DNA of 64,000 nucleotides from Candidatus Latescibacterota bacterium. GTDB lineage: Bacteria; Latescibacterota; UBA2968; UBA8231. Positions within the stretch are counted from its first letter, which is position 1, and each line of letters begins with the position of its first letter. This document shows, piece after piece, positions 40,917-50,456 of this stretch. The notes beneath the pieces are model-generated. The model searched no databases. It saw only the letters and a program-made list of their open reading frames with translations, and was not told the DNA's origin. Where the stretch lies: NCBI GenBank assembly GCA_963422735.1, contig OY730476.1:1152001-1216000 (forward strand), written 5' to 3'. The position numbers and the translations under genes are program-made.

Positions 40917-43181
40917 TCACGGGTACGTAGCATAGTGCATGGAAATCCCATAGGAGCGGCCCGGCAGCGGGTAGCCCCACAGATCGGCTACTTGATTGTC
41001 GGTCAGGTTGCGCAACTCCCAAGACAAGAAGATACCCTCGACCAGCGGCACGGTGCCGCCGAGGTTGTACAGGGCGCGAACGGGCACGGCGCGCAGATTG
41101 GCCCGGTCGAGGAAATGCCGGCTTTCGCGGCTGAATTCGCCGTAGATCTCTGCGCTCCTTAGGCCGAGGGAGAGGCGCGTATTGAGCCGATGGCGCGGTG
41201 CATTGGGCAGGTCGTTGCCCTGTTCAAAAGAGAACGGGGTGCGGTTTTCGGCGCGCTGGTACGCGTAATTGCCGCGCAGCGTCAGCCTTGGCAACAACCG
41301 CGCCTCGACCCGCGTTTCTACGCCGCGCAGCAAGGCGCGTCCCATATTGTGGGGCCGCGACACCCGCTGCGAGTTCTGCACAAAGCGAATGAGGTCTTCG
41401 ACGCGGTTGCGATAGTACACGGCCTCGGCCAGAATCAGCCCCACTCCATCGTCGGGACGACGGAAAACCAAGCCCAGATCCCAGTTGTGCCCTTCTTCAC
41501 TAACGAGTTTGGTATTGCCAATCACCGCGCCCCGGTCTCCGAAGAGTTCAAAGAAATTGGGGGCGCGATGATAGCGGCCATTGTGGGCTTTGAAGGCCAA
41601 GCCAGCCCCTAAGTCCAAGGCCGCACCTACTCGATAGCCCCACAGGATTTCGCCGTTATCCCGATTCGGCAATACCGCGCTGGGAGCAAAGTTCTTCCGG
41701 TCGAAAAGGCGATCGTCAAGACCTTCTGCCTGCGTGCCGGCATTGAAGGTCAAGCGATGCCCCAACGACACTTCCACCTCAGTCCCAACGGCTAACGCCC
41801 GGCGACGACTGCGCAAGAGGTGACTATCGGCCCGGAGCAGATCGTCGGGCATAAAAGTTTCGTGCCGAGCCGCGACAAAAGCAGTGAGCAGGGACCGGCC
41901 GGGCAGCAGGGCATTCACTTCGCTGCGCAGGCCCAAGCTTTGGGTGATGTTGCGGTCGTGCTGGCGGCCTAAGCCCACTTCGCCGCGCCGATCCCGGTAC
42001 TCGTCTTTTTCGCGAGAGTGGTACGCTCTGAGTCGGTACCCGGCGCGGCTGTGGCCCAGCGGGCCGAAGAGCACCGCTTCGGCGATATGGCGCCAAGTGT
42101 CGTAGCGGGTGTGCAGTGACTGGTTGTTGCCAATGCCGGGGATGCCTTTGTAGCTCAGGTCAAAGGTGTTGTGGATATGCAAGCGGCTGGCTCCCAAGCT
42201 GCGCCCGATTTTGGCTAGGCTGCGCAAGCTGCGAAAATCGCTGTTGAGCCGTCGCGCCCAACCGTCGTCTTGGGCGTTGTACTCAGTGCCGTTGTCGTCC
42301 CAAAAGCGGAAGTCGTTGCGGCTGGCTCTGTAGTTGACTAAGCCCAAGTACTTCCAGCCTTTATAGGGGCCACTAAGCGAAGCACCCAGTTGGCGGGTGT
42401 CGTACGAACCGGTAGCCGTGTGCAAGCGCGTACGGACTTTGCCACCGAGTGGCTGCGTGCGGATGTGGACGACGCTGCCGAGGCTGTTGCCGCCAAAGTG
42501 CGCCGGCACTGCGCCCCGGTATATATCGACGCTTTCGACGCCGCCGATGGGCAGACCGCCTAGATCGACGCCACCACCCACGGCTTGGTTGAGCGGCACC
42601 CCGTCGAGGAAAACTTGGACCTGTTCGGCCGTAGACCCGCGAATGGAGAGCGTGCTAAAACTGCCCAACCCTCCGTAGCGGCGTATGTTGACGCCGGCAG
42701 CGCGATCTAGGGTTTGGGCTAGGTCCGCGCCGGGAGCGCGCTGGTTGCCCAAGGCGATGGTTTCGACGAAAGAGGCAATATGCTTGCCCTCGGAGTCGCG
42801 GCGGGCGCGGACCACCAACTCGCCCATGAGCAGGGGCAGAGATTGCAGGTGCAACTTGACTGAGGTGGGGGCTACGCCGATTTGGATGTGGTCTTGCAGG
42901 GGCCGGTAGCCCAGCCGTTCCACGCGCAAATCCCAAGTGCCTGTTGCCAGATTTTCGAGACGGAAGGTGCCGGTCGTATCGCTGCGGACGGAACGACCGG
43001 CACCGGAGGGGGCACTCAGCGTCAATACGGCACCGGATACGGGGCGTCCCGCGTCTTGGTCGAGCAATCGGCCCTGTAGAGACCCGGCTAAGAGAGCCTC
43101 GGGATGCAGGGCCAGTAAGAGAGAAACAATAAAAAAGCCCGCCCTCGAATGAGAGCGGGTCTGGGTGCTTGTACTAGGCAC
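40917..43181 (-). CDS. TonB-dependent receptor, probable cobalamin transporter (BtuB-like)
   Basis: plug motif SIRGSTAEQVQVFLDGVPLN; C-terminal NLTD..GYPLPGRS; directly downstream of the B12 riboswitch. Confidence 0.88.
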   Translation of the reverse strand: MPSTSTQTRSHSRAGFFIVSLLLALHPEALLAGSLQGRLLDQDAGRPVSGAVLTLSAPSGAGRSVRSDTTGTFRLENLATGTWDLRVERLGYRPLQDHIQIGVAPTSVKLHLQSLPLLMGELVVRARRDSEGKHIASFVETIALGNQRAPGADLAQTLDRAAGVNIRRYGGLGSFSTLSIRGSTAEQVQVFLDGVPLNQAVGGGVDLGGLPIGGVESVDIYRGAVPAHFGGNSLGSVVHIRTQPLGGKVRTRLHTATGSYDTRQLGASLSGPYKGWKYLGLVNYRASRNDFRFWDDNGTEYNAQDDGWARRLNSDFRSLRSLAKIGRSLGASRLHIHNTFDLSYKGIPGIGNNQSLHTRYDTWRHIAEAVLFGPLGHSRAGYRLRAYHSREKDEYRDRRGEVGLGRQHDRNITQSLGLRSEVNALLPGRSLLTAFVAARHETFMPDDLLRADSHLLRSRRRALAVGTEVEVSLGHRLTFNAGTQAEGLDDRLFDRKNFAPSAVLPNRDNGEILWGYRVGAALDLGAGLAFKAHNGRYHRAPNFFELFGDRGAVIGNTKLVSEEGHNWDLGLVFRRPDDGVGLILAEAVYYRNRVEDLIRFVQNSQRVSRPHNMGRALLRGVETRVEARLLPRLTLRGNYAYQRAENRTPFSFEQGNDLPNAPRHRLNTRLSLGLRSAEIYGEFSRESRHFLDRANLRAVPVRALYNLGGTVPLVEGIFLSWELRNLTDNQVADLWGYPLPGRSYGISMHYATYP

Positions 43182-43221
43182 CGGTGGACCAGCCTTTCTG
43201 CCGAAGGGTGTCGTTCACCTC

Positions 43222-43395
43222 GGTCGCAGGCAGGTCTCCTGACTTCCGGTTAAACGCCCTCGGCACCTTCCCAATTCGCTGCGGAATCAGTGGATACGCC
43301 AAGGACGAACCGATCACAGTGGCGGGACCGCGGCAGATTTACACTGCCTTCCCTATTCTCCCAACTGCCGTGCGGCAGCGGGCACCTGCGCCGTT
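43222..43395 (-). ncRNA. cobalamin riboswitch
   Basis: minus strand reads AGGTGCCC...AATAGGGAAGGCAGTGTAAATCTGCCGCGGTCCCGCCACTGTGA...CCACTG...GGGAAGG...AAGTCAGGAGACCTGCC (B12 box). Confidence 0.95.
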
Positions 43396-43635
43396 ATTTG
43401 ATGGGCTATTAAAAGGGCTGCGTTAGAATCTGTCAAGGGCGCGGCTCACGTCGCCTGCTGCTTCTCGATCCCGCAACAGCTAGGCCGGGGTGAGAATCGC
43501 CGCGGAAGTGGGCACCTAGGGGCTCCCCAATGGGCATCCTTCCGCATCGGCGTTTATCGGCGAATACTTTTGCCGCCGGGGGTTTTAAGACAGCCTCTAA
43601 CGCTAGTGAAAGGTCGTACCTCTCCAATGCCCCGC

Positions 43636-43840
43636 TCAGCCGGTAAAAGTGGAACTCAAGCAATTCTTCCCCGAATCGAATTCTCCGTTCTGCAACTCCT
43701 CTAGAACGGCACTGATCGTGACAATCTCGTAGTCATGGCGATGCCTATCCCACCATCGTCGAGTCCAACTACATCGTGCGGTAGTCTCCGAGTCATCCCA
43801 GGTGTCGCAATATACACTGGGAATTGTCATCTCAAGACAC
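43636..43840 (-). pseudogene. PIN-domain toxin remnant
   Basis: TIPSVY...WTRRWWD..RHDYEIVT.SAVLEEL. Confidence 0.55.
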
Positions 43841-44019
43841 GCTCGTCCGCTCACTGTAATCTTCCTGTATCCACGCACTGTGCTCGTCGCGTCCATGGCG
43901 TGGTCAATGCCTAGGCAGTTCGCGCTGTTCGACGATTTCGCCGAACAGCCCCTACCACCGACGGCAAGTCTTCCCTCTGGCCCAACGCTATAACAAAGAG
44001 GTTGGATGACAGAGCACCG

Positions 44020-44676
44020 CTAATCCCTCAGTAGAATGTTCTGCTCCTTCAGGCTCTGGATTAATTGGCTAAATTTAGGCACCAATCGGATCACGATACG
44101 TCGATTAGGGGACTGTTCACCCTTTGTTCCGGTTAGGACAACCAGCTCCCGCTCACCTAAGCCAACTGGGACGATATCGAAATTTTCCCAAGTGAAGCCG
44201 ACCTGCTCCCAATAGTCCACTACAGTTTGAGATCTTTTCAGGGATAGGCTGCGATTGTATTCCCTCTCGCCGTAACTGTCGGTGTGGCCCTCTACCATAA
44301 TACTGAACAATCTACTGTCTTTTTTTTCAATAAACTGTTTTAATTTTTGACCCATTCGTCTAAGCCGATTTTGCCCTTCGACGGGAATATCATCCAGATC
44401 AGATTCATCAAAAGAGAACAAGATATCACTGCGCATCACAATAGTACCCTCTTCCACGACGACGTCTTCCCCCTCCATAAACTCCTCTAATTCATCGAGA
44501 TCTTTCTCTATTTTACCCACCAATTCTTCCAGCGTCCGCAGACGGCTCAGATCCACATAATTCTTGATCACCATCACAACGAGAAAAAAAGTGACGCAAA
44601 TGAAAATAGCCGTGATTGCATCCGTGAAAGAAGGCCAGAAATTGAGCCCACTATGACTACTGCGATTCCTTTTCAT
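44020..44676 (-). CDS. MotB/OmpA-family protein, ZorB-like
   Basis: FWPSFTD (conserved ion-binding Asp) in a single TM helix; OmpA-like motifs DILF, EGHTD, NRSLSLKRS, NRRI. Confidence 0.85.
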   Translation of the reverse strand: MKRNRSSHSGLNFWPSFTDAITAIFICVTFFLVVMVIKNYVDLSRLRTLEELVGKIEKDLDELEEFMEGEDVVVEEGTIVMRSDILFSFDESDLDDIPVEGQNRLRRMGQKLKQFIEKKDSRLFSIMVEGHTDSYGEREYNRSLSLKRSQTVVDYWEQVGFTWENFDIVPVGLGERELVVLTGTKGEQSPNRRIVIRLVPKFSQLIQSLKEQNILLRD

Positions 44677-44715
44677 CTAGGGCTGCTTTCCCAAGCATTC
44701 AGCCGGTGGGCCTGA

Positions 44716-46353
44716 CTATTCCTTGCTATCTTTCTTAAATAATCGACGGATCCAACCCCAATTTCTTCGCGGTCGTACGGTTATAACTTGCGGCGATTTC
44801 GCTATGCCGTCTAACTGTTTTTCTATAGCCTGCGCCGTCGCATGCATGTCTTCGAGTTGGGGGATTACCTGATCTATAGCCTTCAGTACTTGGAGATCCT
44901 CGTCCGCTTTTTTAAACCCTTGGTTGATGGCTCCTACCATTTGATCTAGCTGGTTCTGCAACGTTCCTGTCGCTTTGCTCAATCCCTGCAGATCTTGGCG
45001 GAGTCTTTCCAATTCATCTTGTAAGGGTTTCTTGGCCCGTTCAAACGCCTCTCCTTGCTCGTTGAGCGTCTTCTTCTGAAGTTCGAGTAAGGCATCTTGG
45101 CTCTCCCTGACAGCTATGAGCAGGGTCTGGATGTTCACGAAATTGGGACGATAATCTGTGTTATTCAATCCTCTTATCGTATCCAGAGTCTCGGCTAGGC
45201 CATCTCCTAGGGTCTCCATTCGCGTCTCAAATGACTTAGATTGTCTGTCCATCCGATCATCAAAGGCTTGAAACTGTCGGGCCATCAAGTGCTCGCTCTC
45301 CTTGAGCATAGTATCGACGCTGCTCTTGAGCGCATTCAGAGGCTCGCTTAGCCGCTCAAAGTTCTCGATGTGTCGAGAAAACTCTATAGCCGCTCTCATT
45401 ATTTCTTTCGCCCCCGTAGCTACCGTACCCTTGTGCTGCTCAAAAATCTCCGCGCTCTTCAGACTGGCCTCGCTACTTTCCTTGAGCTTCGTGCCGCTCT
45501 CTTCTATAAGTGAGACCATGCGGGCGTTACTATCGACAATTTCCTTGAGTCTTTTGTCTAAGTATTCGGAAAGAGTAGTGAAATACTTATCGTATAGGTC
45601 GTTTACTGTTCGAGTAAAGACGCGACTTAAACGCAACTGAGGCGGGATCACCGCAAACTTGGGAGCGATCTTCGCGTTGAAGCACTCTTCCAGATTTGCC
45701 AACAATCTGTTCCTACTACGAAGTAGTAAGCTATACGGAGCATTGAGTATTAGAGAAAAAGAAAGTCCTAAAAAACTGGTAATGAACGCCAGCGGCATCC
45801 CGCTTACGGACTGTCCTAATCCTGTTAGGATGGTATTAAATACATCCTCTATTTTTACATCTTGACTCGACGTCGGTGAAATCTGCGCTCCTTGGATAAT
45901 ACCTGGGATAGGTATGACCACGATTATTAATCCAACGAACGTGCCTAGCAGGCCCAATAGAATAAGGCTACTGGTAAGTGTGCGGAATGCTTCGTCGTGT
46001 CGGGCGAGTTCATGTTCGATAGAGCCGATAAGACTATCTACATCTGGAGCTTTATTTTGTCGGTATAAGGCTTCAAAATGTTTGAGCCAACGGACGGCCA
46101 AGGGATGCCGGGCACCCCTAATAACACTTTCGGGAGCCTGCTCTGTCTTTTCCTCTATATTGAAATCAGGATTGCTTCTCTCCCATCTCTCCATCGTACG
46201 CAATCCGTTGCGATATTGCCGCGTTTTTATGCACCCTCGGACAAATAGGACAAATGCATATAGGCCGACCAAGATAATGAGAACGACAAAAATTTCCCGA
46301 ACCTGATCGCTGTTTTGGGCTAAGAATTCTAAAAGGAGATCTAAATAAGGCAT
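44716..46353 (-). CDS. MotA/TolQ/ExbB-family protein with long coiled-coil tail, ZorA-like
   Basis: 3 TM helices; LGLLGTFVGL and GMPLAFITSFLG; about 340-aa helical tail. Confidence 0.8.
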   Translation of the reverse strand: MPYLDLLLEFLAQNSDQVREIFVVLIILVGLYAFVLFVRGCIKTRQYRNGLRTMERWERSNPDFNIEEKTEQAPESVIRGARHPLAVRWLKHFEALYRQNKAPDVDSLIGSIEHELARHDEAFRTLTSSLILLGLLGTFVGLIIVVIPIPGIIQGAQISPTSSQDVKIEDVFNTILTGLGQSVSGMPLAFITSFLGLSFSLILNAPYSLLLRSRNRLLANLEECFNAKIAPKFAVIPPQLRLSRVFTRTVNDLYDKYFTTLSEYLDKRLKEIVDSNARMVSLIEESGTKLKESSEASLKSAEIFEQHKGTVATGAKEIMRAAIEFSRHIENFERLSEPLNALKSSVDTMLKESEHLMARQFQAFDDRMDRQSKSFETRMETLGDGLAETLDTIRGLNNTDYRPNFVNIQTLLIAVRESQDALLELQKKTLNEQGEAFERAKKPLQDELERLRQDLQGLSKATGTLQNQLDQMVGAINQGFKKADEDLQVLKAIDQVIPQLEDMHATAQAIEKQLDGIAKSPQVITVRPRRNWGWIRRLFKKDSKE

Positions 46354-46381
46354 GGAGGGACTCTACCGTACAAGATTTTGT

Positions 46382-47332
46382 TCATTTCGCTAGTAAGATT
46401 CCGGCCTTGACAATTACCTCAGTTCCCCGACGTAATCCAGGTGTAACAAATCGAATCACGTGACCGCGGTCGACCTGAGAATCTTCTCGCTCATCGGAAA
46501 TTTGGTGATCTTCTGGCGAGTATTTGTCCCCTTGCTTTGGCCAAATCAACTCAAGGTCGCGTTCTTGGGCAAACCTTTCCAACTTTGCGGGTTTCTGTTC
46601 TAGCGATTTTTTTTTGCCATCCAACTGTTCGATTAAACCGATCAGTGCAGAATCCCACGGGCTGCTACGACTGTCTATCTTAGCTTGGATCGTCGTCCAT
46701 TGATCTTTGAGAGCCGATCCCTCCGATATAAAAGAGACAAGATCCAATTTATTCACTGCCTCTTTGATCTTTTTAATGTCCTCGTCAATGGTCTCGGCAT
46801 ACTGTATCGACGGCATACTCTCTTCAGGTTCTAGTGGAAGTTCGTCGAGCATTTCTCGGAAACGATCTCGGGTATTTGTAATCTTTGAGTATCTTTTGTT
46901 CCATTCTTCGTCAGCATCCCGTACTTCTTCTTGGAACGATTTTAGTCCCTTTTCCACATCGGCCTCTAGCTTTCGTAGCTCTTGAAATTTGGCGTTGGTA
47001 GGGATAGATTGACAGAGATCTACGTAATCGTCGTGGGACGCTTGTATATTGTCGTGGAACTTTGTCAGCTTTTTTCTGAAGTTACTCAAATCGTCCAAAA
47101 ATACGCCAACTTTCTTCACAAAGCTCTCTTCCGCTCCATCGAAGCCCTTGGCTACATCGAGGATATCCGAGAAGACGAGATCGCCAAGACCGCCTTTGTG
47201 TAGTTCTTCGCGGATCTGTCTTGTCTTGGAGACGATTTCCTGCAGAGCTTGGAGATCTTTCTCCCAGTGGGCAACTTCGTTGTCTAGAGCGTCAACCTTT
47301 TGTTGGAATTCTTCCATAGATATCCTATCCAT
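46382..47332 (-). CDS. coiled-coil protein with C-terminal GrpE-like domain
   Basis: C-terminal GDKYSPEDHQ...VIRFVTPGLRRGTEVIVKAGILLAK resembles the GrpE head; adjacent to the Hsp70-like gene. Confidence 0.65.
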   Translation of the reverse strand: MDRISMEEFQQKVDALDNEVAHWEKDLQALQEIVSKTRQIREELHKGGLGDLVFSDILDVAKGFDGAEESFVKKVGVFLDDLSNFRKKLTKFHDNIQASHDDYVDLCQSIPTNAKFQELRKLEADVEKGLKSFQEEVRDADEEWNKRYSKITNTRDRFREMLDELPLEPEESMPSIQYAETIDEDIKKIKEAVNKLDLVSFISEGSALKDQWTTIQAKIDSRSSPWDSALIGLIEQLDGKKKSLEQKPAKLERFAQERDLELIWPKQGDKYSPEDHQISDEREDSQVDRGHVIRFVTPGLRRGTEVIVKAGILLAK

Positions 47333-47396
47333 TTTAATCTTTTGCTAGTCTTTATTTTTTAACGTCTTCATTGTTAGGTACATTGCTACAAAACAT

Positions 47397-50300
47397 TCAA
47401 CTATAGTTAAAGTCCTCGCATTTCAAGTATTCATCATAGATTTCTTCAAAATCACTTCCATCCTTTTCTTTTCCTATCGCGAAGTTGTAATAGAGCCGAC
47501 CGAGATTGCTTTCGTCGACTCGAAGCTCGAGCTTGTACTGCCAATACGCGGCTTGCTTAAAAGCTCTGTTCTCTAGCGGCATGGGAATATCCGCTGCTTT
47601 CTGCCGATCTGCTTTCCGATTTTTGTAGTTCCAATCGAAGAATTCGTACAGTAAGATACTACGAATCTTACGATCATTAGGAGAAACCCTGCTCGCATAG
47701 CGATGTACCTCTCCCTTATCTAGGGAAATCCAACGGTCGAAAATGGGGCTGAAGCCTCGCATTGGATTGTAGGAACCTATCGGATAATTTAGCTTGTGTA
47801 TCCCGAAGACTCGAAGTCTGAACTCTGGATCGCGTTGAGACATGCTGTAAATAGCCGCTCCCGAAGCCACGCTCGCCTTCAGGCCATTATTGGAACCTGA
47901 AAGAGTAGAGTCCGAAAACTCTTTAGCCTGTATCATCTCCCGGGCGACTTCTTTCACAATCGGCAATTTGGACGAATTGCCGGCCAAGATCAGGTGGTCT
48001 AGCCGGAATTCCGATATAATCTCCCGCTTGAAAAGTTCCTGCTGCATCATAGCTAGTTTTTTGAAGCCCCATTCCAATTCTCGGCTGAGCACAGAGCGAA
48101 TAGCTTGGTAATCCATAGAGCTAAGTTCCTCCGGCAAGGCGTCGCCGTTGATGCTGCGCTTTAAGCCCTCCGTGACTTGAAATACATCGCGCTCTTCCCG
48201 GCTAACTAACTCAATCTTGGGCCAATTCATTTTCTCGTCGCTAGCTAGCAGGTCCAACAATCCCTTATCTTTTGTCTGGATCAGTTCCTCGTAGCGGTCC
48301 TGGGAAAAACATTGGTCGAACAACTGGTATGTCTTGCTGTTTGTCTTAATCTCCTCAGCTAACCGATAGAGACACAGAAAGTTCCTTTTCACGATACGAT
48401 CTTGGGTGCGTAAGCCATCGCGAAGATCTTTTGCAAAGGGATAGCGACTGCGGTACTGTTCAGGGACGAGTTGCTCGTAGAAATATTTAGCCAAGTGAAA
48501 CGTCAGCAGGTTTCCTCCCAGCCGATTGTCACCATCGGAACCGAGAATTTCCACTTGCGCTTCATCATTATCCATAGTGTAACGTACGATGGACATATCG
48601 GTCGTTCCCCCACCACAGTCGAATACCCCAATTATCTGTTCATCCATATCATCATTATCAAGCTGCTTCCACACATAATACACCGCTATAGCTTCAGGTT
48701 CACTAATGGCTAGGTCAAACTTAATGTCGCGATCCTGCAGAGCCTTTTCGGCCGCATCCCGCAGAGCCTGTTTTTGGCGATTGAATACTGCCGGATAAGT
48801 CAGCACGCCCTCTTCGGGCAAATACCCGAATTCTCCAATGAAGTGCTCTACCATAAACCGGAGATAAATAGCTACTTGGTCAACCGGAGTCAGGCTGATA
48901 TGCCGCCTATTGATAGGGGGATGCCCGTTGATCAAGATGCCTTCCGACATCCCGGTAGAAATATAGATATTCTGATCGTCGGGTTGACTGAGAGCATATT
49001 TGAAATTCCAGCAGATACTGCTCATAGAATGAAGGTCGTTCATCTGCTGAAATGGCTGACGCCCAAAGCGCATGATGGCTTCCTCGCTCTCGGTCGCCAC
49101 TAAGTGATGCTCGTTAGGCTCCAGAGGTTTGGAAAGTTCCAAACGTTCCGTTTTCTTATTTGTTGTCAGAAGCTGAAAGACAGTAGGCACTTCGACACGA
49201 GGTTCATTGGTTTCAAATGCTGCCAAGCGAGGCATTGTTTCTTCATCTTCAACAACATAGGCCAAGCAAGAATTGGTCGTCCCAAAATCGATACCAATAG
49301 GATAATCTAACGGTTTGGGAGGAATTACTTCGACAGAGAGTGAATACCTATCTTCGAACGCCGGGGCTTCCGCTCCTCTAGCCTCCCCCTTGACGATGAT
49401 CTCGGGTTTAAAATACTTTGATTCTGTTACCCAAGGGATTTCGATAGTCTTTATTTGCAACTGGAGATCCAGCACACTCTCCTCATCAGCTCCCGCCGTT
49501 GAAATCTGAGGGTTAAGGATGACCGGTGCCTTCTTGGTGTCAATGACCTGCAGCCAAGGCGTATCGCTGGTCACGCTATTTATGCGTAGTGGTTCGCCCC
49601 GTAAGTGCGTAATGGTGGCACTCACCTCTTTCTGTCTTCGACTTCCGCTTATAAGTGCCGTATCGCCGGATAAACCCAGCGGATTGAAATCCACCTTGAG
49701 CACCGGCTGACGAGTGTACTTTAGATTGAGATGAAAATCGATATCACCTCTGTTCTGGATGGGAAAAACGAGATGTACAGGATGCCCTTCTTCAGACAGA
49801 GGCTGATTTTGGGTGAGCCTTACCGAAAAGGCTTTGTCTGGACCCAAGCGGAAGGGGTAGCTTGCCTCCGCTGGCACCATATCCACCACCTGCTCTCCCT
49901 TGGCCAGCCGGGGAGGCTTTTCCAAAACCACTTCGCTTGCGGCATAAAGGGCCAGATCGTGCCTTTGAGCTTCCTGATTTACCGGCCACACCTGTGCGCC
50001 GTCAGTGCCTTGGTCAAACTCCCGCCCCTGCTCGTCAGTCAGCCAGATTCGGGGAGCCTTTTGGACCCGGTAACGAAATGAAATCGGTGGCAGCGTGGAG
50101 TGCAGGATCAACCGTCCCCGTTGGCCGAGACGCCCGGTATGTAGCCGGCGTATTTCTATTTTTTCTTTTGGAGCCAAAGAAACGGGCCAATCCGCTTCCG
50201 AAACCCATTCTCCCCATTCCACTCCATCGAGACGTTCCAGTTCCACGGGTATCTTCCCGGTATTCTCAAACCGCATGATGACTGGATAGCCTTCAAAGAG

Positions 50301-50456
50301 CGTCAATAGCTCATTGGGCTTGGGAAATACCTCTAGATGGGCGAGTTGAGTCCCGCAACTGCTGCAAAAGATGCTTCCCCTCCCATAAGGCCACTGACAA
50401 ACAGGACAAGCACCCATCGCCTTATCGGCCCGCTCTTGGCTCACTTCCCTAAGCAT
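47397..50456 (-). CDS. atypical Hsp70-family ATPase with N-terminal Zn ribbon and probable Ig-like domains
   Basis: CPVC...CSSCG; GIDFGTTNS, SEPEAIA, FDCGGGTTD, LGG, LAGNSSKLP, VASGAA. Confidence 0.85.
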   Translation of the reverse strand: MLREVSQERADKAMGACPVCQWPYGRGSIFCSSCGTQLAHLEVFPKPNELLTLFEGYPVIMRFENTGKIPVELERLDGVEWGEWVSEADWPVSLAPKEKIEIRRLHTGRLGQRGRLILHSTLPPISFRYRVQKAPRIWLTDEQGREFDQGTDGAQVWPVNQEAQRHDLALYAASEVVLEKPPRLAKGEQVVDMVPAEASYPFRLGPDKAFSVRLTQNQPLSEEGHPVHLVFPIQNRGDIDFHLNLKYTRQPVLKVDFNPLGLSGDTALISGSRRQKEVSATITHLRGEPLRINSVTSDTPWLQVIDTKKAPVILNPQISTAGADEESVLDLQLQIKTIEIPWVTESKYFKPEIIVKGEARGAEAPAFEDRYSLSVEVIPPKPLDYPIGIDFGTTNSCLAYVVEDEETMPRLAAFETNEPRVEVPTVFQLLTTNKKTERLELSKPLEPNEHHLVATESEEAIMRFGRQPFQQMNDLHSMSSICWNFKYALSQPDDQNIYISTGMSEGILINGHPPINRRHISLTPVDQVAIYLRFMVEHFIGEFGYLPEEGVLTYPAVFNRQKQALRDAAEKALQDRDIKFDLAISEPEAIAVYYVWKQLDNDDMDEQIIGVFDCGGGTTDMSIVRYTMDNDEAQVEILGSDGDNRLGGNLLTFHLAKYFYEQLVPEQYRSRYPFAKDLRDGLRTQDRIVKRNFLCLYRLAEEIKTNSKTYQLFDQCFSQDRYEELIQTKDKGLLDLLASDEKMNWPKIELVSREERDVFQVTEGLKRSINGDALPEELSSMDYQAIRSVLSRELEWGFKKLAMMQQELFKREIISEFRLDHLILAGNSSKLPIVKEVAREMIQAKEFSDSTLSGSNNGLKASVASGAAIYSMSQRDPEFRLRVFGIHKLNYPIGSYNPMRGFSPIFDRWISLDKGEVHRYASRVSPNDRKIRSILLYEFFDWNYKNRKADRQKAADIPMPLENRAFKQAAYWQYKLELRVDESNLGRLYYNFAIGKEKDGSDFEEIYDEYLKCEDFNYS

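Noticed and set aside
44020-46353. Flagellar stator motAB or tolQR/exbBD
   Set aside because: Three TM helices plus a very long tail, no flagellar/tol/tonB context, and the partner has an OmpA-like domain unlike TolR/ExbD.
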